This document shows positions 9,439 to 19,932 of a DNA stretch of 64,000 nt, in pieces (position 1 is the first letter of the stretch; each line of letters starts with the position of its first letter). A program made the translations under genes and the position numbers. The notes beneath the pieces were generated by a model. That model was not told the origin of the DNA and did no database searches. It worked only from the letters and a program-made list of their open reading frames with translations. Source of the DNA: Nostoc sp. (GTDB lineage: Bacteria > Cyanobacteriota > Cyanobacteriia > Cyanobacteriales > Nostocaceae); assembly GCA_036918135.1 (NCBI GenBank), contig JBALDB010000018.1:88113-152112 (forward strand), given 5' to 3'.

Positions 9439-11334
9439 TTACCTCTGCCGTAAGTATTTGAGGATGCCACTAGCGATCGCTTCTGCCATCCGATTTTGAT
9501 ACTCTGGTGTTGCTAATCTGGGATTATCTTCTCGACCAGTCATATAACCTGTTTCCACTAAAATCGAGGGCATGGAGCTTTTCCTAAGAACGTAAAATCT
9601 GGCTTTGCGGGTTCCCCGGTCTTTCAAAGTACTAATGTGATTGAGGATGGTATTGCGAACTACTTCAGCCAGAGCATAACCGCTGTCGTAATAATATACT
9701 TCTAAGCCATTGACATCAGGGCGATTATCAACCGAATTAGCGTGAATACTGACAAATAAAGTTGCGTTGACTCGCTCAGCAATATCTACCCGTCCCTGAA
9801 GTTCTACGAAAAAGTCAGCGTCGCGTGTTAGTACTGCTTGTACGCCATTTTGCTCTAAAATTGCTGCTACTTTTCTACCGATAGGCAAGACTACATCCTT
9901 TTCTAGGAGTCCGCCCAAACCAGGGGCGCCAGAGTCTTTTCCACCGTGTCCTGGGTCAAGCACTACAAGCAATTTTCCTCTAGGAACCGAGGGGCGTGGC
10001 TGTGGCTGAGATATAGGACGAGGATTATCTGTGGGGGTGGGAAGTTGACCTTGGTTTGGTGATGGCAGAGGAGGTAAAACAATGGGCGGTGCAATGCTAG
10101 TAGAGCGTCGTAATTCTAGAGCCAAAAGCTGGTCGCCGACTTGGTTGAGTTCGCCAATTTGCACTCCGGCTGCTGGTTGCACCAAGACGGTAACAATGTT
10201 GGCTGCTTGTGGTTGCAGGCGGACGCGAAGGATAGGGCTATTATTATTAAAACTAGGCCCTTTAACTTTGGGAGCTAATCGAGCATTATTGATAGTGATG
10301 CGGAATAGCCCAGAGCTTCTATCCCAGCCTGCTGTAGCAAATAAGTTTCGATCCGCTCTAATTAGCAGTTGTGTGCCATTACCAGCTAGTTCCACAGACT
10401 CAATAGTGGCAGGTGAATTGTTCGTAGGTGGGACGGGGCGTGGAGTATTATTGCTTGGTAATTGGGCAATACCACGACTAGGCAGAACTATGAAACCACC
10501 AGCACTACTAGTAGTTGCTCGCCAGTCAGAACCATTTTTGTCCACCTGTAAGGTCATGCGAACAACAGACGGGCTACTTTCTGGTTGGGAAAATCGGATG
10601 CGGCTGACCCCGTAGCGATTAATCGGCAAATCTCGCTGCTCTAAATTTGGTGATAGAGTTGCGCCAGCGATGTCGATGTTAATTTGCTGGCGATCGCTGC
10701 TACGATTTACTTGAATCTGAGGATTACCGCCAGTGGTGGCGATGAAAAAGCCATCGCCTGTGATTCGTAAGTTTTCAATTTGAGTAACTCTGGCGACCAC
10801 TGTTCCGTTGTTAGGTGGATTAGAGCCTGTGGTCACCACATTATAAATATTTCTGGGAGAGAGGGCTGGTGTAGATGTTCTCGGTGAAGTTTCTGTAGCT
10901 GTTTGTTGCCCTTGAGTATTTGTATAAGATATATTTTCTGCTTCTGGCGTCGGTAATTGCACAGTCCAGCGAGTGCCACTTGTACCCATAAATTTTACTC
11001 GCTTGGGGTCTAAAGTATAACCAGAGGTCAATTCAACGACTATGCGCGTTGTTTGTTCGTCAAATTGCCCAATGCGGATAGCGCGAATTGCACCACCGAC
11101 TTGTTGAGTTAGCTCAGGACGCCCAAATGTCGTTCCTGGCAAATCAATTACCAAACGAGTTGGATTAAAAATTAGTTGTGCTTGGGGTTGAACATCCCCC
11201 AAAGTATTAATTTCCAGTTTGTTTTGATTAACATCAAAACGCCAAGATTCTAGTCTCGCAGCCATTGCTGGCGACGACAGCATGAAGATAGTTCCAATAG
11301 TACTGGGTAATAACCAGTGTAATTTCACAGTCAT
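9439..11334 (-). CDS. amiC2: N-acetylmuramoyl-L-alanine amidase AmiC2 (two AMIN domains plus Amidase_3); start may be GTG 11328
   Basis: Signal peptide, AMIN-type RLVIDL, DPGHGGKD, SIHAN and ILVETG; second of a tandem pair upstream of murI. Confidence 0.88.
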   Translation of the reverse strand: MTVKLHWLLPSTIGTIFMLSSPAMAARLESWRFDVNQNKLEINTLGDVQPQAQLIFNPTRLVIDLPGTTFGRPELTQQVGGAIRAIRIGQFDEQTTRIVVELTSGYTLDPKRVKFMGTSGTRWTVQLPTPEAENISYTNTQGQQTATETSPRTSTPALSPRNIYNVVTTGSNPPNNGTVVARVTQIENLRITGDGFFIATTGGNPQIQVNRSSDRQQINIDIAGATLSPNLEQRDLPINRYGVSRIRFSQPESSPSVVRMTLQVDKNGSDWRATTSSAGGFIVLPSRGIAQLPSNNTPRPVPPTNNSPATIESVELAGNGTQLLIRADRNLFATAGWDRSSGLFRITINNARLAPKVKGPSFNNNSPILRVRLQPQAANIVTVLVQPAAGVQIGELNQVGDQLLALELRRSTSIAPPIVLPPLPSPNQGQLPTPTDNPRPISQPQPRPSVPRGKLLVVLDPGHGGKDSGAPGLGGLLEKDVVLPIGRKVAAILEQNGVQAVLTRDADFFVELQGRVDIAERVNATLFVSIHANSVDNRPDVNGLEVYYYDSGYALAEVVRNTILNHISTLKDRGTRKARFYVLRKSSMPSILVETGYMTGREDNPRLATPEYQNRMAEAIASGILKYLRQR

Positions 11335-11386
11335 TTCTCCTGATTCACGTTCATGGGAGCCGTCAAGATCTCAACATATTGGCAAA

Positions 11387-11395
11387 TCCTCACAC
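11387..11395 (-). promoter_or_regulatory. Yfr1 sRNA seed-complementary site in the amiC2 leader
   Basis: mRNA sense GTGTGAGGA is complementary to the Yfr1 motif ACUCCUCACAC. Confidence 0.55.
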
Positions 11396-11808
11396 CGTCA
11401 CCGCGCACACTTGAGTTTTGCGCTGCGATCTAGACACAGCTAATGGCGTAAAATATAGCACGCTCCTCTGATTTTGCCATGCCATTAGCCTAGATAAATT
11501 AGACCTCCAAACCATCAGATGACAATAACAAACAACCCACTCTTGTCCCGCCCCAAAAATACCTAAATTTTTTAGGTAAACCCCTGACGCTTGCTAGCAG
11601 TTAGCGTCAAGCAGGAGAAGAGATAAGTAATTTCTTAATGGCAAGAGAGTAATTTAGAATTATGAAACTTGGGAGTTTAATACTTTGATGACTCCAACTC
11701 AGACAAATTTGTTCTCAGCACCAGCAATACATCATCAGAATCACTACTAAATTGTATAAATTTAATAATCATTTAAATGTATTTACTCAACAATTTAGAC
11801 GAAATTAC

Positions 11809-13689
11809 TTATCTTCTCTTCAGGTACTGAAGGATGCCACGAGCGATCGCTTCTGCCATTCTATTTTGATAAGCTGAGGTTCTGAGCCTAGCCATATCCT
11901 CTCGACCAGTCATATAACCCGTTTCCACCAGAATCGAGGGCATAGAACTTTTTCTCAGGACATAAAATCTAGCTCGCCGGACTCCCCTGTCTTTGAGAGT
12001 ACCAATACTTTGGAGAATGCTAGTGCGGACAACGCGAGCTAAACTCAAACCGCTGTCGTAATAATAGACTTCCAAACCATTAACATCGGGACGACTCGCA
12101 CCAGCTGAATTCGCGTGGATGCTAACAAACACATCAGCATTAGCTCTTTCTGCCATTTGTACTCGTCCGGGAAGAGTAACAAAATAGTCAGAATCCCTAG
12201 TCATAAGAACTTGTAGACCATTTTGCTGTAAAATTTCTGCCACTCTTCTACCAATAGGCAAGATAACATCCTTTTCGCGTGCCCCCCCAATGCCAATTGC
12301 TCCAGAATCTTTACCACCGTGTCCGGGGTCAATAATGACTACCAGTCGCCCATTGCCGACTCGGCGCTGTGGTTGTGTTGCAGGTCGGAGGTTGGGATTG
12401 TTTGGGTCTGGGAATGAGCCTCGGTTGATTGGTGGTAGCGGAGGTACAGTATAGGGAGGTCTTCCAGGAAGTGTGACAACTCGACGAGAGCCTTGTATTG
12501 GTACAGCCAAAAGCCGATCGCTGATTCGATTTGGTTGCCCAAGTTGGACTCCCGGTGCTGGTTGAACTAAAACGGTAACTGTATTAGGTTGTTGCGATTG
12601 CAGGCGTACTCGGAGAATGGGGCTATTGGCAGCAAACGTAGGCCCTATAACTCTGGGAGCTAACTTTGCATTGCCAATTGTGAGGCGGAACAAACCAGAG
12701 CTTCTATCCCAGACTCCCCTAGCAGATACAGTTTGGTCAGCTCTAATCAGCAGTTGTGTGCCATTATCAGCTAGTTCTACCGACTCAATTGTGGCTGGCA
12801 AATTGTTAGCTAATGGTGTGCTGGGAAAGGAAACAGATTCCGACTGATTGTCAAAATTATTACTTCTAGGTAATGTAACAACGCGAGTAGGCAAAACCAC
12901 CAAACCACCACTACTACTGGTACTTACTTGCCAGTTTGGGCTATTTTTATTTACCCGTAAAGTTAAACGAACACCAGGGGGTCGAGTTTGTAATTGGGTG
13001 AATTCAACACGACTAACCCCAAACTTGTTAACAGACTGATTATTCTGTTGTATCAACCGTGGTGATAAAGATGCGCCAGAAATATCCATGAAGATGCTAG
13101 CGCGATCGCGGCTGCGAATTACTTGAATCGGAGGATTAGCACCCCTGGTACGGATGAAAAAACCATCGCCTGTGACTTGCAAGCTCTCAATTTGAGTCGC
13201 CGCCTGGGGAGTGGTGACGACCCTTGAAAGATTGGGTCTAGGACTAGAATCTGGAGTTACTACACTATAAATATTTCTTGGAGGTGATGCTACTTTATCG
13301 ACTTCTGGTCTAGGTAATTGCACCGTCCACTGCTCGCCAGTTGTGCCCACGAATTTTACTCTTTTGGGGTCTAAAGTATAACCAGGAGTTAATTCGACGA
13401 CTATGCGCGTTGTTTCGCTCTCAAACTGCCCAACACGGATAGAACGAATACCACCACCTACCTGCTGGGTGACCTGAGGACGCCCAAACGTCGTTCCTGG
13501 CAAATCAATTACCAAGCGAGTCGGGTTGAAAATTAATTGTGCTTGGGGTTGAACATCCCCCAAAGTATTAATTTCCAACTTATTTTGATTGGCATCAAAG
13601 CGCCATGATTCTAGTCTCCCAGCCATTGCCGGCGACGATAGCATCAAGATAGTTCCAATAGTGCTGGGTAGTAACCAGTCTAATTTCAC
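11809..13689 (-). CDS. amiC1: N-acetylmuramoyl-L-alanine amidase AmiC1
   Basis: Paralog of the adjacent gene. Start placed at GTG 13689 (VKLDWLLPS) by alignment with the amiC2 N-terminus and an upstream GGAGAAAGG. Confidence 0.88.
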   Translation of the reverse strand: MKLDWLLPSTIGTILMLSSPAMAGRLESWRFDANQNKLEINTLGDVQPQAQLIFNPTRLVIDLPGTTFGRPQVTQQVGGGIRSIRVGQFESETTRIVVELTPGYTLDPKRVKFVGTTGEQWTVQLPRPEVDKVASPPRNIYSVVTPDSSPRPNLSRVVTTPQAATQIESLQVTGDGFFIRTRGANPPIQVIRSRDRASIFMDISGASLSPRLIQQNNQSVNKFGVSRVEFTQLQTRPPGVRLTLRVNKNSPNWQVSTSSSGGLVVLPTRVVTLPRSNNFDNQSESVSFPSTPLANNLPATIESVELADNGTQLLIRADQTVSARGVWDRSSGLFRLTIGNAKLAPRVIGPTFAANSPILRVRLQSQQPNTVTVLVQPAPGVQLGQPNRISDRLLAVPIQGSRRVVTLPGRPPYTVPPLPPINRGSFPDPNNPNLRPATQPQRRVGNGRLVVIIDPGHGGKDSGAIGIGGAREKDVILPIGRRVAEILQQNGLQVLMTRDSDYFVTLPGRVQMAERANADVFVSIHANSAGASRPDVNGLEVYYYDSGLSLARVVRTSILQSIGTLKDRGVRRARFYVLRKSSMPSILVETGYMTGREDMARLRTSAYQNRMAEAIARGILQYLKRR

Positions 13690-14729
13690 AGTCCTTTCTC
13701 CTAATTCACATTCATGGGAGTTTTCAGTAGTGCTGAGTTGCAAGTTCTCAGTTGCCCTTTGCCCTTGGGAGAAGTTCAGCTCTAGAGAACTTGAAGTTCT
13801 TGACTTCTCGTCTTGTTGTAACCCCCAGATTAAATTCCGACTCAATGAGTACAGCAGTTTTGATTTGCATGAAGTACAGAGTTAATGGTTTTGAGGCAGG
13901 AGGCAGGAGGCAGAGGGCAGGAGGGAAAAGAATAATTTCTATATTGAATTCTCCAGTTGTGTACCTCATTTATTTGCAAACTGCTGTATTTTTAATCTGC
14001 TTTATTTAATTTATGACTTAGATTCGTTGCTCAGCAATGCTTGAGTCAATATTCAACTCATTGGTATATCACACTCTCACCACCTAAACTTGAGCTTTGA
14101 TGCCTTTTTTAATTGTTAAGTTGGTATAAAGACACAGTAAAATTAATACTAGTTATCAGTTAACAATTCCTAGGTTTTATATTGGAATTCAGATCCAGTG
14201 TAAAAACTTCCATCTCAAAAAGTGGGGAACTTTGACTCCCAAGAAAGCTAGATAACTGATGATTGATAACTCCTGACAAATAACTGTTTGTTGTTTGTTG
14301 CCATTAATGCACTGAGTAAACAATTCCTACTACCGTCAGTTGAGCTAGCAAAATTTATAGATGTTACTCCCCAATTACTTGAAAAATCTTCAAATGAAGA
14401 CTGATACGAATCTGCTTTCTAAATTGGAACTTTCACTTTAGAGAGGTAGACAGCGAACAAGAGAAATTTATAAATTACGCTTTTGGATGCAAATTGGTAT
14501 GAAGAGAAGAGGGAAACTGGAAATAAGTAACATTCCAAATACTAGTAGAAATTACAAACAAACGACAATTTTATAATCACACGGGACGAAAATTTAGAAA
14601 GAGAAGTTTCCACTTGAGAAGGGAGGGGAGTAAGAGACGCTTTGAGGCGGGGATGAGGGAGATAGAGAGACCAGGGAGAAGAACTCTCAACTCCTCACTT
14701 AGCACTCCCAATGCCTCATACCCCAGCGA

Positions 14730-16190
14730 TTAACTATCCTCAGATTCTGGAATTACTTCTGACACTGATACCTTCGACTGAGGTGGTTCGATTACCAACG
14801 ATGTCCCAGAAGCACCGTCTAAAATCAGTTGCTCTGAGCCTGCATCCACGGTTTTTGGTTCTGGAAATACAAGTCGTAACAAGGGAGGAGCTAAAAAGGT
14901 GGTTAAGATAACCATCATGATGATTGCTGCTCCTAATGGTTTCGAGAGAACCCCGCTAGCAGCGCCGACACCAGCAAATACTAACCCGACTTCACCTCTA
15001 GGAATCATCCCCACACCGATCGCTAAACGGTTGATTTCCGGTTGACCAAACACGCTTAAACCTGTGATTACTTTACCGAGAATGGCTACTGTAATCAGGA
15101 AAGTTGCCATAATTAGACCTTCACGATTATCAGGAATCGCTGGATTTAAGACTCCCAAATCAGTCTTTGCACCAACACTCACAAAGAAAATTGGCACTAG
15201 CATATCAGCAATCGGACAGACTTGTCTTTGCAGTTCTTTACGCTTATCTGTCTCTTCTAAGACTAAACCTGCGGCAAAAGCTCCCAGAATTGCTTCTAAC
15301 TGGATGACAGCAGCTAGATATGCCATTGCAAAAGCGAAGATGAATGCTGGTATAACCAATCCACCACGTGTTTTGAGTTTATCAGCGATCGCCACGAAGG
15401 ATTTATTGAAAACATTGCCTAGCAAGATTGCTCCCAAAATAAAACTAGTGGCACTGATAATCAAATAAATCACTTTGCCAACATCTACCACGCCATCTTT
15501 AGCTAAAGTGGCTACTACCGCTAAGACAATGATTCCCAGAACATCGTCAATCACAGCAGCACCGAGAATAATCTGCCCTTCTCTAGAATTGAGTCGCCCC
15601 AGTTCTGACAGCACTTTGGAAGTAATCCCAATACTAGTAGCAGTCAAAGCCGCCCCTGCAAAAATTGCGGGGACAGCACTGATACCAAACAAAGTCATCA
15701 ATCCCACAGTACCAGCAGCAAAGGGTACTGCCACCCCCACCACTGCAACAACGGTGGCTTGGATACCCACTGCCATTAAATCTTTTAAGTTCGACTCTAA
15801 ACCAATTTCAAACAGCAGGATGATCGCGCCCAATTCTGCCAAAACGGAAACGACTTCTGACTGTACTGCAAACACTGCTGGAGTGGCTTCCGGAGATAAA
15901 CCAGCTGTGATTTGCAGGAAACTCATAATCAAAGAGTTAGAACTGTCTGTGCCGCCTTGTGGAAACACTAAAAGATGGAGAACAGAGATACCTACTATCA
16001 CGCCACCTACGAGTTCTCCTAAAACTGGCGGAAAACCGACTTGGTTTGATAACTCGCCACCAAGTTTGCTGGCGAGGTAAATGACTACTAAGCTGAGTAA
16101 CACTGCTGCTACTACCATTGAACTGTCTGCGGCTTGTGTTGCGCTAGCCAGCATAGGAAAAGAGAAGTTGCTTGGATTTAACAAATGCAT
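14730..16190 (-). CDS. Na+/H+ antiporter (CPA2, NhaS3-like)
   Basis: Multi-TM protein with LFEIGLE, GAAVIDD and GMIPRGEV motifs. Confidence 0.9.
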   Translation of the reverse strand: MHLLNPSNFSFPMLASATQAADSSMVVAAVLLSLVVIYLASKLGGELSNQVGFPPVLGELVGGVIVGISVLHLLVFPQGGTDSSNSLIMSFLQITAGLSPEATPAVFAVQSEVVSVLAELGAIILLFEIGLESNLKDLMAVGIQATVVAVVGVAVPFAAGTVGLMTLFGISAVPAIFAGAALTATSIGITSKVLSELGRLNSREGQIILGAAVIDDVLGIIVLAVVATLAKDGVVDVGKVIYLIISATSFILGAILLGNVFNKSFVAIADKLKTRGGLVIPAFIFAFAMAYLAAVIQLEAILGAFAAGLVLEETDKRKELQRQVCPIADMLVPIFFVSVGAKTDLGVLNPAIPDNREGLIMATFLITVAILGKVITGLSVFGQPEINRLAIGVGMIPRGEVGLVFAGVGAASGVLSKPLGAAIIMMVILTTFLAPPLLRLVFPEPKTVDAGSEQLILDGASGTSLVIEPPQSKVSVSEVIPESEDS

Positions 16191-16364
16191 TGGGTTGTGT
16201 GAAAATCCTTCTCTTTGATTCTGACGTGTTTCTGAAAAACATCTGTCTTTCGATATGATATTTGCAGCTTTTAAAAGGGATTGGGGAAGGTAGGGCCCCT
16301 TTGGGGATAAGGGGTGATGGGGATTGGGGAGAAAGGAGTGATAAGAGAGTTAAAACTTTAAAAA

Positions 16365-16615
16365 TCACCTTCAGAAGCTCAAGTTTCACCTTCAGAAGCT
16401 CAAGTTTCACCTTCAGAAGCTCAAGTTTCATTCTCAGAAGCTCAAGTTTCACCCTTAGAAGCTCAACTTTCATCCTCAGAAGCTCAACTTTCATCCTCAG
16501 AAGTTCAACGTTCACCCTCAAAAGCTCAAGTTTCACCCTTAGAAGCTCAACTTTCATCCTCAGAAGCTCAACTTTCATCCTCACAAGCTCAACTCTCATC
16601 CTCAGAAGCTCAAGT
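16365..16615. repeat. 21-bp tandem repeat, about 12 copies
   Basis: Unit close to TCA(C/T)CCTCAGAAGCTCAA(G/C)TT, repeated contiguously with no spacers. Confidence 0.95.
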
Positions 16616-16637
16616 CCAAATTTTTACTTCCCAGTTC

Positions 16638-17057
16638 CTAGTCCCCAGTCTCCAGTAAATCCATCAAGCGCTGCCAATAGTCTTGAGAAACCGGGACTAC
16701 AGACAGTCTAGGAAGTCGCAGCAAGTCGAAATCTGTAAATTTTTCATCCTGCTTGATTTGAGCTAAGGTGACGGGTTGCTTTACTCTTTGTACTGCCTGC
16801 ACATTTACAACTACCCGTTTGCTATCGTTGAGTGCTGGATCGGTATAAGGTTGACTAATTATTTCTGCTACGCCGATGACTTGTCGTTCTTTACCTGTGT
16901 GATAAATCAACGCAAAATCACCAATCAGCATGGTACGTATATGTTTGAGCGCTAGAGGATTGTTAACTCCATCCCAAATTGTACTGCCATCCCGTTCCAA
17001 ATCGAAGTAAGAATAGTTTTCCGGTTCAGTTTTCAGCAACCAATACGCCATACCCAA
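16638..17057 (-). CDS. EVE domain protein
   Basis: [18 protein letters not shown] and RLSVVPV motifs. Confidence 0.9.
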   Translation of the reverse strand: MGMAYWLLKTEPENYSYFDLERDGSTIWDGVNNPLALKHIRTMLIGDFALIYHTGKERQVIGVAEIISQPYTDPALNDSKRVVVNVQAVQRVKQPVTLAQIKQDEKFTDFDLLRLPRLSVVPVSQDYWQRLMDLLETGD

Positions 17058-17251
17058 ATTTCCGAATAGATTAATGTAATTTTTTTAGTTTCCAAAAACG
17101 TAACCATTCCCGCTTTTGATTCTGGCAGTGTCAAAGTATAAACATACAAATCGTATCTAGCGATCGCATTTGAATTATGAAAAACTTGTGATGACTGTTA
17201 ACTTTCAACAGTTATCAAAGGATTGCTGTATACGCTGATTAAAACATCTGT

Positions 17252-17261
17252 TGTGAGGAGT
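17252..17261 (+). promoter_or_regulatory. Yfr1 seed-complementary site over the RBS of the SIMPL gene
   Basis: TGTGAGGAGT, a 10-nt perfect complement of ACUCCUCACA, 9 nt before the ATG. Confidence 0.6.
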
Positions 17262-17270
17262 GCAAATCTG

Positions 17271-18020
17271 ATGACTAGAGCCGCTTTACCCGGTTCTGCA
17301 TTTCCATCTGGAAATTTGTGGAAAATACTGTCTTTAACTTTGCTTTTATGTACAACTTTTACACTACCTGCCCTGGCACAAGAAAAGGAGAAAATGTGGC
17401 GAACTCTGACTGTCAATGCTCGCGGAACTCAAGAAATTCCTACAACCATAGCGCAAGTCAGTTTAGGAGTAGAAATTCAAGGTAAAACTGCCCAAGAGGT
17501 ACAGCAAGAAGCCGCCCGTAGGTCATCGGCTGTAGTTGCGTTTCTGAAAAACCAAAATGTGGATAAATTACAAACTACTGGTATCCGACTCAACCCAGTT
17601 TATAGCTACACTAATAATGTGCAGCGGCTTACAGGCTATACTGCCAATAACACCGTAAGTTTTCGTATTCCTGTTGAGCAAACTGGTACATTATTAGATA
17701 GTGCTGTGAAAGCTGGTGCAACACAAATTGATGGTATTAGTTTTGTTGCGAATGATGAAGCGATCGCTAGGGCACAAAACGAAGCATTAGCAGAAGCTAC
17801 CCAAAAGGCGCGACAGCAAGCTAATGCTGTTTTCAGTGCCTTGGGTTTGTCACCCAAAGAAGTGGTAAGCATTCAAGTTAATAATACCAATCCGCCCCCA
17901 CCACCTGTGTTATACCGTGCTGAGGCTCCCAAATTAGCTCAACAAGCTGACGCTTCCACCCCTGTGATTGGTGGCGAACAGGAAGTAGAAGCATCGGTGA
18001 CACTGCAAATTAGTTATTAG
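17271..18020 (+). CDS. SIMPL/DUF541 periplasmic protein
   Basis: Signal peptide (LPALA-QE), GATQIDGISF and C-terminal EVEASVTLQISY. Confidence 0.88.
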   Translation: MTRAALPGSAFPSGNLWKILSLTLLLCTTFTLPALAQEKEKMWRTLTVNARGTQEIPTTIAQVSLGVEIQGKTAQEVQQEAARRSSAVVAFLKNQNVDKLQTTGIRLNPVYSYTNNVQRLTGYTANNTVSFRIPVEQTGTLLDSAVKAGATQIDGISFVANDEAIARAQNEALAEATQKARQQANAVFSALGLSPKEVVSIQVNNTNPPPPPVLYRAEAPKLAQQADASTPVIGGEQEVEASVTLQISY

Positions 18021-18027
18021 TCGTGTA

Positions 18028-18092
18028 GTCATTAGTCATTAGTCATTAGTCATTAGTAAATACAAAGGACTAATGACAGATGACTAATGACT
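18028..18092. repeat. STRR heptamer tandem repeats (TCATTAG)n
   Basis: Four or more tandem tcattag copies plus inverted copies. Similar tracts near 8360-8430, 35460-35520, 47880-47915, 53290-53355 and 58270-58345. Confidence 0.85.
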
Positions 18093-18094
18093 GA

Positions 18095-18454
18095 TTAGAA
18101 ATTCTCTGGCGAAAAATCTCCGCCCCCTTCTGCATCTCGCTTAGAACCTAATAAATCTAATTGGTCTACTTGGATAACTGGTGAGGAACGGTTTGCTCCT
18201 GTTTGGCGATCGCTCCATGTGTCAAACTTTAAAGAACCTTTGACGGCAATTTGCTTGCCTTTACGTACATAATTACCTGCCACCTCAGCCGTTTTTCCCC
18301 ATAGTTCTAAATTAAACCAATCGGTATGTTCGCCTTCTTTACTACGGCGATTAACAGCTAGCGTCAATCTACACTTGACACTACCAGACTCGAAGTATTT
18401 AATCTCTGGGTCGCCGCCTACACGACCGACGAGGGTGACAATATTGATACTCAT
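18095..18454 (-). CDS. ssb: Single-stranded DNA-binding protein
   Basis: INIVTLVGRVGGDPE OB-fold start, LWGKTAE and an acidic C-terminus. Confidence 0.95.
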   Translation of the reverse strand: MSINIVTLVGRVGGDPEIKYFESGSVKCRLTLAVNRRSKEGEHTDWFNLELWGKTAEVAGNYVRKGKQIAVKGSLKFDTWSDRQTGANRSSPVIQVDQLDLLGSKRDAEGGGDFSPENF

Positions 18455-18468
18455 GTGCGTTACCTTTT

Positions 18469-18482
18469 AGTACAACAGTACT
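18469..18482. promoter_or_regulatory. Cyanobacterial LexA box upstream of ssb
   Basis: AGTACAACAGTACT fits RGTACNNNDGTWCB, 14 bp upstream of the ssb start. Confidence 0.75.
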
Positions 18483-18787
18483 GATTAGTCTAGACTCCCA
18501 TCATAGCGAATTGTCAAACTATTGAAAATAATGTGCTAAACAGTTAACAATATAATTGAATTGAAAAATGATACATAATACTTGGAGAAACACATAAAAG
18601 TATACGGATACTCTAATTTAACGAGAGAATATCAAAAAATAAATGCCTGAGACATAGTAAATATTGCTGGGAATTATATAAAGATATAGTCTAGTTTACT
18701 GGACTCAGGATAGAAACGAATAGCATATAACACTATTAACTCTTACTGTTGTAGTCAAAAAGTAGCACATAGGGGGCTTAGAGACGC

Positions 18788-19831
18788 GTGGGTCTTTTCA
18801 GGAACTTTCGCACATCATGGGATATGGGTATCGACCTCGGTACTGCTAACACCCTTGTTTATGTATCTGGTAAAGGTATTGTACTCCAAGAACCTTCGGT
18901 GGTTGCCATCGATCAAAGTGAAAAGGTAGCCTTGGCTGTCGGGGAAGAAGCCAAGAAAATGCTCGGTCGGACGCCTGGAAATGTGATTGCTCTGCGCCCC
19001 CTGCGTGATGGTGTAATCGCTGACTTCGAGGTCGCCGAGCTGATGCTCAAAAGCTTTATTCAGCGTGTAAATGAAGGTAGATCCCTGATTTTACCACGGA
19101 TTGTGATTGGCATTCCTAGCGGCGTCACAGGAGTAGAAAGACGAGCTGTGATGGATGCGGCTCAACAAGCTGGGGCAAGAGAAGTTTACTTAATTGATGA
19201 ACCTGTAGCGGCGGCAATTGGTGCAGGACTTCCTGTTACTGAACCTACTGGTAACATGATCATTGATATTGGCGGCGGCACCACAGAAGTTGCAGTGCTG
19301 AGTCTTCAAGGTACGGTGCTGAGCGAATCAGTACGCATTGCTGGGGATGAGCTCACTGACTCAATCGTTCAGTATCTGAAGAAAATGCACAACTTAGTGA
19401 TTGGTGAACGTACTGCCGAGGAGATTAAGATTCGGCTTGGCTCTGCCTATCCTACTAACGATGATAATGATGGGATGATGGAAGTTCGAGGTTTACACTT
19501 ACTTTCTGGTCTGCCACGAACTGTAACAATCAAAAGCCCAGAAATCCGTGAAAGTATGCTCGAACCGTTATCGGTAATTATAGAAGCTGTGAAGCGGACA
19601 CTGGAACGCACCCCTCCAGAACTAGCAGCAGACATTATTGACAGAGGTATTATGCTGGCTGGTGGTGGTGCTTTGCTCAAAGGCATAGATACCCTGATTA
19701 GCCATGAAACAGGTATTGTGACTCACATTGCCGCCGATCCTTTAAGCTGTGTTGTGCTGGGGACAGGTCGTGTGCTAGAAAACTTTAAGCAGATGGAGCG
19801 AGTTTTCAGCGCTCGCTCTCGCAATATGTAG
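18788..19831 (+). CDS. mreB: Rod shape protein MreB
   Basis: GIDLGTANT, DIGGGTT and LAGGGALL motifs. Confidence 0.97.
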   Translation: MGLFRNFRTSWDMGIDLGTANTLVYVSGKGIVLQEPSVVAIDQSEKVALAVGEEAKKMLGRTPGNVIALRPLRDGVIADFEVAELMLKSFIQRVNEGRSLILPRIVIGIPSGVTGVERRAVMDAAQQAGAREVYLIDEPVAAAIGAGLPVTEPTGNMIIDIGGGTTEVAVLSLQGTVLSESVRIAGDELTDSIVQYLKKMHNLVIGERTAEEIKIRLGSAYPTNDDNDGMMEVRGLHLLSGLPRTVTIKSPEIRESMLEPLSVIIEAVKRTLERTPPELAADIIDRGIMLAGGGALLKGIDTLISHETGIVTHIAADPLSCVVLGTGRVLENFKQMERVFSARSRNM

Positions 19832-19932
19832 CGAACAAATATCAGACTTGAGTTCTATTTGAGTTCTATTTGGGTTCTATATAAATGAGAACTCAAATAG
19901 AACTTAATTTATATAAGTACAAAAAGGTATTT

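Noticed and set aside
10082..10615. Antisense ORFs (also 1135-1515, 15064-16080, 53390-53923, 55692-56273 and others)
   Set aside because: Shadows of well-supported genes on the opposite strand, with no recognisable motifs.
13690..13845. N-terminal extension of AmiC1 in the ORF track
   Set aside because: The paralog alignment, signal peptide and RBS point to GTG 13689.
16365..16615. CRISPR array
   Set aside because: Units are contiguous with no unique spacers, so it is a tandem repeat.
16638..17057. EVE protein as a modified-DNA defence sensor
   Set aside because: Stand-alone EVE in a housekeeping context with no nuclease partner.
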